From contig CAZJGG010000003.1 of the NCBI GenBank assembly GCA_964545475.1, positions 757 through 64,756 of the forward strand: a DNA stretch of 64,000 bases, in the 5' to 3' direction. The notes beneath the pieces are model-generated. The model was not told the origin of the DNA, made no database searches, and saw only the letters and a list, made by a program, of their open reading frames with translations. A program made the translations under genes and the position numbers. Positions 9,268 to 18,005 of the stretch are shown here, piece after piece (the stretch's first letter is position 1; every line of letters starts with the position of its first letter). The DNA is from an uncultured Eubacteriales bacterium (GTDB taxonomy: Bacteria > Bacillota > Clostridia > Lachnospirales > JAISER01).

Positions 9268-9444
9268 TCAAATCCTGCCACCGGAAAGCATCATCATCAT
9301 AAGCATCATCATCATGGAATTATCGCCTCCGCCTCCGCCGCCACACATTCCCGGGTTCATCATCATCATCATTAAAAGCATCATCATCATATCGTTGCCA
9401 GGCGCTTGAGGAGGGCAGCCAATACCCATACCCATGTTATTCAT
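9268..9444 (-). CDS. unannotated small ORF encoding a 58-aa methionine-rich peptide
   Basis: Below the ORF-track size cutoff. GGGAGG lies 6 nt upstream of ATG 9444. Translation: MNNMGMGIGCPPQAPGNDMMMMLLMMMMMNPGMCGGGGGGDNSMMMMLMMMMLSGGRI, stop TGA at 9270..9268. Confidence 0.55.
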   Translation of the reverse strand: MNNMGMGIGCPPQAPGNDMMMMLLMMMMMNPGMCGGGGGGDNSMMMMLMMMMLSGGRI

Positions 9445-9492
9445 AATTACAACCTCCCATAAAATATTAAAAAATACTAATTCTGAAGGTGA

Positions 9493-9537
9493 CCTCTAAA
9501 AACCTGCTTTGTTTGGATTTTCGAGGTTGCCTGTATA
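9493..9537. repeat. short degenerate copy of the foldback repeat family (end-only fragment)
   Basis: cctctaaaaacc...ggattttcgaggttgcctgtata matches the termini of copy 32238..32389 (ctctaaaaacc / gagtttttagaggttgcctataa). Confidence 0.45.
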
Positions 9538-9558
9538 CAGAACCAGCCTTTTAATATT

Positions 9559-10818
9559 TTATGACATGGCATTTAAATGTTGCTTGTCTTTGTTTAAATA
9601 CTTGTAAATAATCCACGCATAGGCATAAACAGCGGAAACAAGGCTGTCCATGCTTATATGCTCGTTTTCTTGATGGGAAGAGTAAATTTCCCCAGGCCCA
9701 AAAATAACTGTAGTAATTTTGCCATATGCCTCTAAAAGCCCTGCATCGCTCCAAGAGGGATAATAATTATAGCGGGGTTTTTCGTTAAGCATATCTGTAA
9801 TGCCAAGGCAGACGGATTTTATAATGTCGCTGTCAAGGTTTGCGTTTAAAGGCTTGCGTTTTAAGCCGTTTTTAAGTTTTTTATGTAATTTATAGCTTAT
9901 TTTTACTTTTGGCTCTGATTCCAAAAAGGCCTCTATTATTGAATTAAGCTCTTCTAAAACCTCTTCTTCGCTTTCATCAGGTAAATATCGCCTTTCAAGA
10001 GTAATTACGCATTCCCCGGCAACAGTTGAAGAAAGACCGCCGCCGGAAATTCTGCTTATATTAAACGAACCCTTGCCAATAAGCGGATGTGTGGCATAGG
10101 CTATGCTCTCTTCAAGGCATTTCTCCATATATACAATAAATTTGGAAGCGGTGGAAATAGCGTTTATACCGTTTTCAGAAATTGCGCTATGAGTGGGAGA
10201 GCCTTCAATTTTAATATCAACAACAACAAGCCCACGCTGGGTTACACAAATATCAAAACCTGTAGGTTCTGCCACAATTGCGGCATCAATGTTTTTATTG
10301 TGTTCCAACAAATATGTAGTTCCTAAACTTCTATCTTTTTTGTCTATAACAGCGGAAAACAAAACATCTCCTGCAAGGTAAAGATTCATTTCTTTTACGG
10401 CAATTATGGCGCAAATCATTGTCGCAAGCTGGCCTTTCATATCTGTTGCGCCACGGCCGTATATATAGTCGTTATCTATAACAGGTTTTAGAGCACGGTT
10501 TGTGTCGCTTGGGGGCGCAGTATCCATATGCCCTGTTAAAAGCAATGTTTTTCCGCCGGTTTTCCCTTTTAGCCTGGCTGTAACGTTACATCTTCCGTCT
10601 TTAACTTCATGAAGCTCTGCAACTATGCCGTATTCCTCAAATAAAGACTTTATAAAAAGAGCACATTCTCTTTCCTGTTTTATAATCCCGGGATAGCTTG
10701 GTATTGCAATTAAATCTTTTACTATATCAAAAACAAGCGCTAATGGAATTGCTTTGTTTATTTTATTTCTGAAAATGGTTGGGGTTTGTTTCCACCTTAT
10801 GCTAACTTTATTTTCCAT
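9559..10818 (-). CDS. M20-family metallopeptidase (ArgE/DapE/acetylornithine deacetylase-like)
   Basis: 419 aa with LLLTGHMDTAP, GRGATDMKG and the dimerisation-lid architecture of M20A enzymes. Confidence 0.8.
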   Translation of the reverse strand: MENKVSIRWKQTPTIFRNKINKAIPLALVFDIVKDLIAIPSYPGIIKQERECALFIKSLFEEYGIVAELHEVKDGRCNVTARLKGKTGGKTLLLTGHMDTAPPSDTNRALKPVIDNDYIYGRGATDMKGQLATMICAIIAVKEMNLYLAGDVLFSAVIDKKDRSLGTTYLLEHNKNIDAAIVAEPTGFDICVTQRGLVVVDIKIEGSPTHSAISENGINAISTASKFIVYMEKCLEESIAYATHPLIGKGSFNISRISGGGLSSTVAGECVITLERRYLPDESEEEVLEELNSIIEAFLESEPKVKISYKLHKKLKNGLKRKPLNANLDSDIIKSVCLGITDMLNEKPRYNYYPSWSDAGLLEAYGKITTVIFGPGEIYSSHQENEHISMDSLVSAVYAYAWIIYKYLNKDKQHLNAMS

Positions 10819-10962
10819 AAATATACCTCAAAATCTATCGTTATTAACAATTCAAAAACTATTATAATTTGAAAATTGCTTCGTATTACATTATAACAAC
10901 AGGCTATGTACAATTCAAATAAAAAATAGTATTATTAAAATAAAACTCTAAAGGAGTAATAT

Positions 10963-11628
10963 ATGATACAAATATGTGAGGACTGGTCATCAAGGCTGTC
11001 AGAAGAATTTAATAAGGAATATTATTTAAAATTAAGAGAATTTCTTAAAAATGAATATAAAACAAGGCCCATATATCCCCCGGCAGAGGAGATTTATTCG
11101 GCTTTAAGGCTAACATCTTTTGAAAATACAAAGGTTGTTATTTTAGGACAAGACCCTTACATAAATAAAGGCGAAGCCCATGGTCTTGCGTTTTCTGTTA
11201 ATAAAGATATAAAAATACCTCCGTCCCTTAAAAACATATATAAAGAAATTGAACAAGACATTGGCTGTAAAAAACCTGACCACGGCTGCTTAACAGACTG
11301 GGCAAAACAAGGGGTTTTGCTTTTAAACACAACACTTACAGTTAGGGCAGGGCTTTCAAGGTCTCATTACGGGCAGGGCTGGGAGGTTTTTACAGACAAG
11401 GTAATAGAACTGTTAAATGAAAAAACAACCCCCATAGTTTTTATGCTTTGGGGGAAAAACGCACAAAACAAAGGGCATTTAATAACAAATGATAAGCACT
11501 TGGTTTTAACCGCCGCCCACCCAAGCCCTCTTGCAGGAGGGCGCTTTAATGGATGCAAGCATTTTTCAAAAGCAAACGCTTTTTTGGCGGAAAACGGAAT
11601 TCAACCCATTGAATGGCAAATATACTAA
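10963..11628 (+). CDS. ung: uracil-DNA glycosylase (family 1)
   Basis: VVILGQDPY, GLAFSV, GVLLLNT and HPSPL motifs. Confidence 0.93.
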   Translation: MIQICEDWSSRLSEEFNKEYYLKLREFLKNEYKTRPIYPPAEEIYSALRLTSFENTKVVILGQDPYINKGEAHGLAFSVNKDIKIPPSLKNIYKEIEQDIGCKKPDHGCLTDWAKQGVLLLNTTLTVRAGLSRSHYGQGWEVFTDKVIELLNEKTTPIVFMLWGKNAQNKGHLITNDKHLVLTAAHPSPLAGGRFNGCKHFSKANAFLAENGIQPIEWQIY

Positions 11629-11630
11629 AA

Positions 11631-14600
11631 TTACATAAGTGTTAACTGCCTTGTTTCCGGTATTCCTTTAAAAACACCGTTTTTCTTTAAAAGTTCAATA
11701 ACGGTTTTATTTGTTTTAGTTCTTTCACGGAAATCTTCTATAGTGATAAATTCTCCGTCTTTTCTAGCTTCAACAATGTTTTGGGCAACACTGTCTCCAA
11801 GCCCGGAAATGGAGGATAAAGGCGGCATAAGTCCGTTGGGGGTTACGGTAAATTTTGTGGCTTGGGCTTCGTAAAGGTTTAATTCCGTAAACTTAAAGCC
11901 ACGTGTATACATTTCGTAAACAAGCTCCAAAACGGTGTAGGAAGCTTTGTCTTTAGCGGATGCTTCGTCTCCAAGAGAGCTAATCCGCCTCATTTCCAGC
12001 CGCAAAGTATCTATGCCGTGGCACATTGTTTCATAATTAAAATCTGAAACCTTAACGGAAAAAGTTGCGGCGTAAAAGCTGTAGGGGTGATATATTTTAT
12101 AATACCCAATTCTTACTGTCATCATAACGTAAGCAACGGCGTGACCTTTTGGGAACATATATTTAATTTTTTTGCAGGAATCAATGTACCATTCGTCAAC
12201 GTTTGCATTTCTCATAATTTCTTCCTGCTCCGCTGTAAGCCCTTTGCCTTTTCTAACAGATTCCATTATTTTAAAGGAATCTTTACGTGGAGCTCCTTTG
12301 TTTATTAAGTAAACCATAATATCGTCACGAGTTGGTATAATTTCTTTAAGAGTTGCAATGCCTTCCTTTACAAGCTCTTGGGCATTATTAATCCAAACGT
12401 CCGTTCCGTGGGAAAGCCCTGAAATACGTACAAGTTCCGCAAAAGTTGTGGGCTTAGTTTCCATTAGCATTCCTCTAACAAAGTGTGTGCCGAATTCTGG
12501 AAGCCCCAAAGTTCCTGTTTGGCAGTTTATTTCATTTAAGTTAACTCCCAAAGCTTCCGGGGACTGGAACAGAGAAATAATCCTTTTATCCCCTAAATCA
12601 ATGGTTTGTGGGTCTACGCCGGAAGTATCGTGAAGCATACGCACAATTGTTGGAACGTCGTGACCCAAAAGGTCAAGCTTTAACAGACGCCCCTCAATGG
12701 AGTGATAGTCAAAGTGTGTTGTTGTTATATTAGACGACGTATCGTTTGCCGGGCGTTGAACAGGGCAAAATTCATAAATGGAATGCCCTTTTGGTAAAAT
12801 AACAAGACCACCGGGGTGTTGCCCTGTTGTTTTTTTAATGCCAGAACAGCCGATTTTAAGCCTGTTTATTTCTGCCTGCCGTAAATTAAGCCCTTTTTCC
12901 TCTAAAAATTTCCGAACATAACCATAAGCCGTTTTTTCCGCAAGGGTGCTTATAGTGCCGGCTTTAAACACGTTTTCAGATCCAAAAAGAGATTCGGCGT
13001 ATTGATGGGCCTTAAGCTGATATTCCCCGGAAAAGTTAAGGTCAATATCTGGCTCTTTGTCGGCATCAAAGCCTAAAAAGGTTTCAAAAGGAATGTCGTG
13101 ACCGTCTTTGTGGAGAGGTTCACCGCAGTTTGGGCAGTTTTTGTCCGGCATATCGCAGCCGGAAGCCCCTGCAAACTGTTTAACAATATCCGAATCAAAA
13201 TCGGAATATTTACAGCTTTTGCAAACGTAGTGGGGGGAAAGAGGGTTAACCTCTGTAATTCCAGATAACGTGGCAACAAGGGACGAACCAACAGAGCCTC
13301 TTGAACCTACTAAATACCCGTCCTCCATTGATTTGGAAACAAGCTTTTGCGCCGCTATATACATAACGGAGAACCCGTTTTTAATAATAGAATCAAGCTC
13401 TCTATGAAGCCTTGCAGCAACAATTTCCGGCAAATTTTCGCTGTATACTGCTCTTGCTCTTTCCATTGTAAGCCGTTCAATTTCCTCTTTACAGCCGTCA
13501 ATATGGGGAGGGAACTTTCCGCTTGGAATAGGGGAGTAGTCTTCAAACATATCCGCTATTAAATTTGTATTTGTAACTACAACTTCTTTGGCAAGCGCTT
13601 CTCCTAAATATTCAAACTCTTTAAGCATTTCCTCTGTTGTGCGGTAATATAGAGGAGCTTGCAGGTGTGCATCGTTAAAGCCCTCTCCTGTCATAAGGAT
13701 TTGACGGAAAATAGCATCCTCCGGGTTTAAAAAGTGAACGTCGCATGTTGCAATAGCCAGCTTGTTATGGGCTTTTGCAAGATCTACAATCCGTTTGTTT
13801 ATGTTAATTAAATCCTGCATAGAGGAAACCTGACCGTCTCGTACTAAATACATGCAGTTAGGAATCGGCTGAATTTCATAATAATCATAAAAAGAAGCTA
13901 TGGAATTTATATATTGCTCTGGCTTGTTCTCTTTTATAGCTGTATAAAGCTCCCCGGCATCACACGCAGAGCCTAATATTAAACCCTCTTTAAGCCGAGA
14001 AAGCTCGCTTTTAGGTATTCTCGGGCGTTTAAAGAAATATTTTAAATGGGAAAGAGAAACAAGCTCGTAAAGGTGGTGTAGCCCTGTTAAATTTTTTGCA
14101 AAAATAATAGCGTGTTTGTGTTTAAGCTTGGATTTATCCATTTCGTTTGAAGCAATGGCGTTTATTTCCTCAATGTGGTTTACGCCTTTTTCTTGTAAAA
14201 TAGGCAAGCATTTAATAAATATTTCGGCTGTTGCCGCCGCATCGTCTACTGCTCTATGGTGGTTTAAAAGGGATACGCCTAAATGCCTTGCAACAACATC
14301 TAGCTTATGCTTATTAAGCCCCGGAAATAAAAGTCTGGAAAGCTCTAAGGTGTCCAAAACGGTGTTTGTTATGTAAATATTTTGGCGTTTTGCCGCATTT
14401 GTAACAAAGCCAACATCAAAAGAGGCGTTGTGAGCAACAAAAACACCGTCGCCAACAAAGCTTAAAAATTGAGGTAAAACATCAGTTATTGCAGGGGCGT
14501 TTTCCACCATTGCATTGGTTATGCCGGTTAAATCTGTAATTTTATCAGGTATGCGCCTTTTTGGGTTAACAAAAGTGCTGAACTTATCTGTTATAACTCC

Positions 14601-15950
14601 ATTTTCTAGCTTTACAGCCCCAATTTCAATAATTTCATCGGAGTTTTTTGAAAGCCCTGTTGTTTCAATGTCAAAAACAATAAAAGTGCTGTTAAGGGTT
14701 TGTCCTTTTGGGCTTTCAACAACAGAAGCTAAATCGTCAATAACATAGGCTTCAACGCCGTAGAGCACTTTAACGCCGTATTTTGCGGAAGCCGCCATAG
14801 CTTCAGGGTATGCCTGGGTAACGCCGTGGTCTGTAAGAGCAATTGCTCTATGCCCCCATGCCGCCGCACGCTCTAAATAATCGGAAATGGTGTTCATTCC
14901 ATCCATTGCGCTCATGTTTGTGTGCAAATGCAGTTCCACTCTTTTTTGCTCTGCATTATCCTGTCTTTTTAAAGATTTTTCCATTAGCGCAATTTCATTT
15001 GCCATTATGTTAAGTTCTTTTGAATATTCATCAAATTGAACTTTGCCTTTTACTTTTAAATATTTACCATTTTTAAGAATTGGTTTAAATTCATTAAATT
15101 TATCTGCTTTTGAAAAGAATTTTATTGTTATTGAGTCTGTGCCGTCTGTTATATCTGCTGTAACAAGTATGTTTCCGCTTTTTGTTTCCCTTGTCTCGCT
15201 GGAAATCACTTCACCGTTTACAATAATTTCAGAATCCTTTTCAAGTTTGTCGGAAAGCAAGACGCATTCGCCGTCAATGCTTTCAACAAGCTTTGTCTCT
15301 TTTCTTCCGCCACCTTTGCCAGAAAACTGCTTAAAGCCATCTTTTGGAGCAGGCTTAGGCGCTGGTTTTTGTATTTTAATGGGTAGGGCAGGTTCTTTTG
15401 GTATATCGTATGTAATATGTTCTTTTCTTTCCGTCTTTTTCTTTTTTTCACCGGGTTTGTATATAAAATCCACGTTTAGGCTTATTCCAAGGCGTTTTTC
15501 AATAAGTCCGCTTATAAGCTGGGGTATTCTTTTTCTAATAAATAAAAACTCATAGTTATAATTAATAGTAATTATAAGTTTGCTATTTTCTACAACCCAT
15601 TCAGAGGAGTTTAAAATTTTAGCGCACATATGGCTGGTATTGCTAACTTCGTGCAAAATGCTTTTCCAAATTAGGGATATAAGCTTTTTAGTGTCGCTTT
15701 CGCCAAAGTCGTAGCGCAAATGCACAGAAATATGCTCCATTTCGGGAAAGCTTTCTTTCATTTGGTTTTCAAGCTCCGTTAAATGTTTCTCGTCTAAAAC
15801 CTTGTTATGGCTTAAAAATAAGTCCATTGCTTTTTTTCCGGTACTTATTTTAAGGCTTGAAATTTCCGTCTGTTTAAAGCTGTCTTTTATATCATCAGTT
15901 AAATTGATTTTTTCAAAAACTTCGCAAAACTTTTTTAATTGTGCAGGCAT
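11631..15950 (-). CDS. polC: DNA polymerase III PolC-type alpha subunit
   Basis: 1439 aa. PHP domain with an inserted DEDD 3'-5' exonuclease (FIVFDIETTGL...HNASFDVGF...HRAVDDA). The Zn-finger CKSCKYSDF...CPNCG and the polymerase core are present. Confidence 0.98.
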   Translation of the reverse strand: MPAQLKKFCEVFEKINLTDDIKDSFKQTEISSLKISTGKKAMDLFLSHNKVLDEKHLTELENQMKESFPEMEHISVHLRYDFGESDTKKLISLIWKSILHEVSNTSHMCAKILNSSEWVVENSKLIITINYNYEFLFIRKRIPQLISGLIEKRLGISLNVDFIYKPGEKKKKTERKEHITYDIPKEPALPIKIQKPAPKPAPKDGFKQFSGKGGGRKETKLVESIDGECVLLSDKLEKDSEIIVNGEVISSETRETKSGNILVTADITDGTDSITIKFFSKADKFNEFKPILKNGKYLKVKGKVQFDEYSKELNIMANEIALMEKSLKRQDNAEQKRVELHLHTNMSAMDGMNTISDYLERAAAWGHRAIALTDHGVTQAYPEAMAASAKYGVKVLYGVEAYVIDDLASVVESPKGQTLNSTFIVFDIETTGLSKNSDEIIEIGAVKLENGVITDKFSTFVNPKRRIPDKITDLTGITNAMVENAPAITDVLPQFLSFVGDGVFVAHNASFDVGFVTNAAKRQNIYITNTVLDTLELSRLLFPGLNKHKLDVVARHLGVSLLNHHRAVDDAAATAEIFIKCLPILQEKGVNHIEEINAIASNEMDKSKLKHKHAIIFAKNLTGLHHLYELVSLSHLKYFFKRPRIPKSELSRLKEGLILGSACDAGELYTAIKENKPEQYINSIASFYDYYEIQPIPNCMYLVRDGQVSSMQDLININKRIVDLAKAHNKLAIATCDVHFLNPEDAIFRQILMTGEGFNDAHLQAPLYYRTTEEMLKEFEYLGEALAKEVVVTNTNLIADMFEDYSPIPSGKFPPHIDGCKEEIERLTMERARAVYSENLPEIVAARLHRELDSIIKNGFSVMYIAAQKLVSKSMEDGYLVGSRGSVGSSLVATLSGITEVNPLSPHYVCKSCKYSDFDSDIVKQFAGASGCDMPDKNCPNCGEPLHKDGHDIPFETFLGFDADKEPDIDLNFSGEYQLKAHQYAESLFGSENVFKAGTISTLAEKTAYGYVRKFLEEKGLNLRQAEINRLKIGCSGIKKTTGQHPGGLVILPKGHSIYEFCPVQRPANDTSSNITTTHFDYHSIEGRLLKLDLLGHDVPTIVRMLHDTSGVDPQTIDLGDKRIISLFQSPEALGVNLNEINCQTGTLGLPEFGTHFVRGMLMETKPTTFAELVRISGLSHGTDVWINNAQELVKEGIATLKEIIPTRDDIMVYLINKGAPRKDSFKIMESVRKGKGLTAEQEEIMRNANVDEWYIDSCKKIKYMFPKGHAVAYVMMTVRIGYYKIYHPYSFYAATFSVKVSDFNYETMCHGIDTLRLEMRRISSLGDEASAKDKASYTVLELVYEMYTRGFKFTELNLYEAQATKFTVTPNGLMPPLSSISGLGDSVAQNIVEARKDGEFITIEDFRERTKTNKTVIELLKKNGVFKGIPETRQLTLM

Positions 15951-15965
15951 TAAATCATACTTTCT

Positions 15966-17021
15966 TTAGAATTTTATTATTTCTTCCATAAGCCTGTCAA
16001 GCATCTCGCTTTCAGATACTTTAGCAATTATTTCACCTTTTCTAAATATAAGACCACAGCCTTTGCCGCCGGCTATGCCAATGTCCGCTTCTTTGCCCTC
16101 GCCAACGCCGTTTACAACACAACCCATAATGGCTACGGTAATATCTTTATCAATACCTTTGCATTTTTCCTCCACCTTTGTTGCAAGCTTTATTAAGTCA
16201 ATTTCCGTCCGCCCACATGTTGGGCATGATATAAATTCTATTCCAAACTTTCTTAAATTAAGGGCTTTTAATATTTCTTTGGCACAACTTATTTCTTCAA
16301 CTGGGTTAGCTGTAAGAGAAACTCTTATAGTATCTCCTATTCCTTGGGCAAGAATCGCCCCAAGCCCTACGGAAGATTTTATTGCTCCCGAATAAGCTGT
16401 TCCGGCTTCTGTTATGCCTAAATGGAGGGGATAGTTTGTTTTTTCTGCAATGTTTAAATAACTTTCAATGCAAAAAGGAACGTTTGAAGCCTTTAACGAA
16501 ATAACAATTTCGTAAAAATCAAGCTCTTCTAAAATAGCAACGTGTCTAAGGGCACTTTCTACAATTCCTTGTGATGTAACGCCTTTGTATTTTTCAACTA
16601 AATCCTTTTCAAGAGAGCCGGAATTTACCCCGATTCTTATTGGAACATTTTTTTCTTTAGCAAGCTTTACAACTTCTTGAACTTTCCATTTTTCACCGAT
16701 ATTTCCGGGGTTTAAGCGCAGCTTGTCCGCTCCGTTTTTAATTGCTTCAATTGCAAGTTTGTAATCAAAATGAATGTCTGCCACAAGGGGTATATTTATG
16801 TCCTTTTTAATTTCCGTAATGGCTTCGGCACTTGCCTTGTCTTTACAGGAAACACGTACAATTTCGCAGCCCTCGTTTTCCAAAGCTTTAATTTGGGAAA
16901 CTGTAGCAGATATGTTTGCAGTATCTGTATTTGTCATGGATTGTATAAGAATGGGGTTTGTCCCACCAATTTTTTTATTGCCAATAATAATTTCTTTTGT
17001 AATTTTTCTGTTTTTCAGCAT
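15966..17021 (-). CDS. ispG: 4-hydroxy-3-methylbut-2-en-1-yl diphosphate synthase
   Basis: IxVQSMTNTxT-type N-terminus, RVSxxxxxxA, RINPGNIG-like, and the C-terminal CPTCGR Fe-S motif. Confidence 0.95.
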   Translation of the reverse strand: MLKNRKITKEIIIGNKKIGGTNPILIQSMTNTDTANISATVSQIKALENEGCEIVRVSCKDKASAEAITEIKKDINIPLVADIHFDYKLAIEAIKNGADKLRLNPGNIGEKWKVQEVVKLAKEKNVPIRIGVNSGSLEKDLVEKYKGVTSQGIVESALRHVAILEELDFYEIVISLKASNVPFCIESYLNIAEKTNYPLHLGITEAGTAYSGAIKSSVGLGAILAQGIGDTIRVSLTANPVEEISCAKEILKALNLRKFGIEFISCPTCGRTEIDLIKLATKVEEKCKGIDKDITVAIMGCVVNGVGEGKEADIGIAGGKGCGLIFRKGEIIAKVSESEMLDRLMEEIIKF

Positions 17022-17093
17022 AAAAATCCCCTTTATTTGGAAAAATATATATGAGATTTAATAAACACGTCCTTTTAAGGAGGCAAGGCTTTA

Positions 17094-17984
17094 ATGAAAC
17101 ACTTTTACGGAACGAATAAAAAATCTACTTATTTTGAGGGCTGGTACTTTAAACAGCACAACCATGAAAATATGCTTGCGCTTATTCCCGGCATAAGTAT
17201 AAACGGAGATGGCTCTAAAAAGGCTTTTATACAGTTTATCACAAATACTGGTTCTTTTCAAATAAATTTCCCCTATGAAGACTTTCATGCGGAAACAAAA
17301 AGATTGTTTGTCAGAGTAGACAAATCGTATTTTTCTCCTGAGGGCATTTATTTGGATATTCAAAGACCAAACTTAGAAATACACGGTCAGTTAAACTTTA
17401 AAAATATAACGCCGCTAAAATACAGTGCTATGGGTGTTTTTTCTATGTTTAAGTTTATGGAATGTAACCATGATGTTTTAAGCCTTAACCATGAAGTTGA
17501 CGGCGTTGTTAACATAAACGGAAAAAACCTCGATTTTTCAAACTCTAGAGGTTATATAGAAAAGGACTATGGCAAAAGTTTCCCTAAGAAATACATTTGG
17601 CTTCAATGCAACGGCTTTGAAGAGAAAAACGTTTCCATAATGGTGTCCGTTGCTACAATTCCTTTTATGGCTACTGAATTTACTGGGTTAATAAGTATAG
17701 TTTATTATAGAGGTAAACAATATAGAATTGCAACTTATAACGGTGGCGCTCCTATTGTTGTAAACAATAACAAAATGATTGTTAAAAATAATAACTATAT
17801 GTTAAGGGTGAACTGGCCGGAAAACATTGCTTATGGCTTGTCCGCCCCGGTTAAAGGCGAAATGTCCAGAACAATTAATGAATGCCCGATAGGAGAAGCT
17901 AAGTTTACATTTTATAAGAAAAACAAAGAAATATTTACATTATCAAGCGATAAAGCAAGTATTGAAACTGTTGACTTTTTTTAG
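17094..17984 (+). CDS. tocopherol-cyclase-family protein
   Basis: N-terminal YFEGWYFKQ and central GYIEKDYGKSFPKKYIWLQCNGFEE resemble the FFEGWYFR and SEKNWGGGFPxKWFWVQCN blocks of VTE1-type cyclases, recalled from memory. Confidence 0.55.
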   Translation: MKHFYGTNKKSTYFEGWYFKQHNHENMLALIPGISINGDGSKKAFIQFITNTGSFQINFPYEDFHAETKRLFVRVDKSYFSPEGIYLDIQRPNLEIHGQLNFKNITPLKYSAMGVFSMFKFMECNHDVLSLNHEVDGVVNINGKNLDFSNSRGYIEKDYGKSFPKKYIWLQCNGFEEKNVSIMVSVATIPFMATEFTGLISIVYYRGKQYRIATYNGGAPIVVNNNKMIVKNNNYMLRVNWPENIAYGLSAPVKGEMSRTINECPIGEAKFTFYKKNKEIFTLSSDKASIETVDFF

Positions 17985-18005
17985 TTTAATTTGCAATAGT
18001 GCTAC

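Noticed and set aside
9061-9375. Plus-strand 104-aa ORF ending in poly-His runs (GKHHHHKHHHHG...VHHHHH)
   Set aside because: It is the antisense reading of the (ATG)n tracts. It has no RBS and a Cys/Phe/Arg-rich, junk-like N-terminal 75 aa. The minus frame has a GGGAGG RBS and clean boundaries. It is kept as the alternative hypothesis in the Met-rich ORF finding.
12087-15555. Multiple 60-170-aa plus-strand ORFs inside polC, and similar antisense ORFs inside other long genes (pgcA, the oppA-type SBP gene, kbl, sstT, the 59565..61181 SBP gene)
   Set aside because: They are antisense frames within strongly supported CDSs, with low-complexity or hydrophobic junk composition and no RBS.
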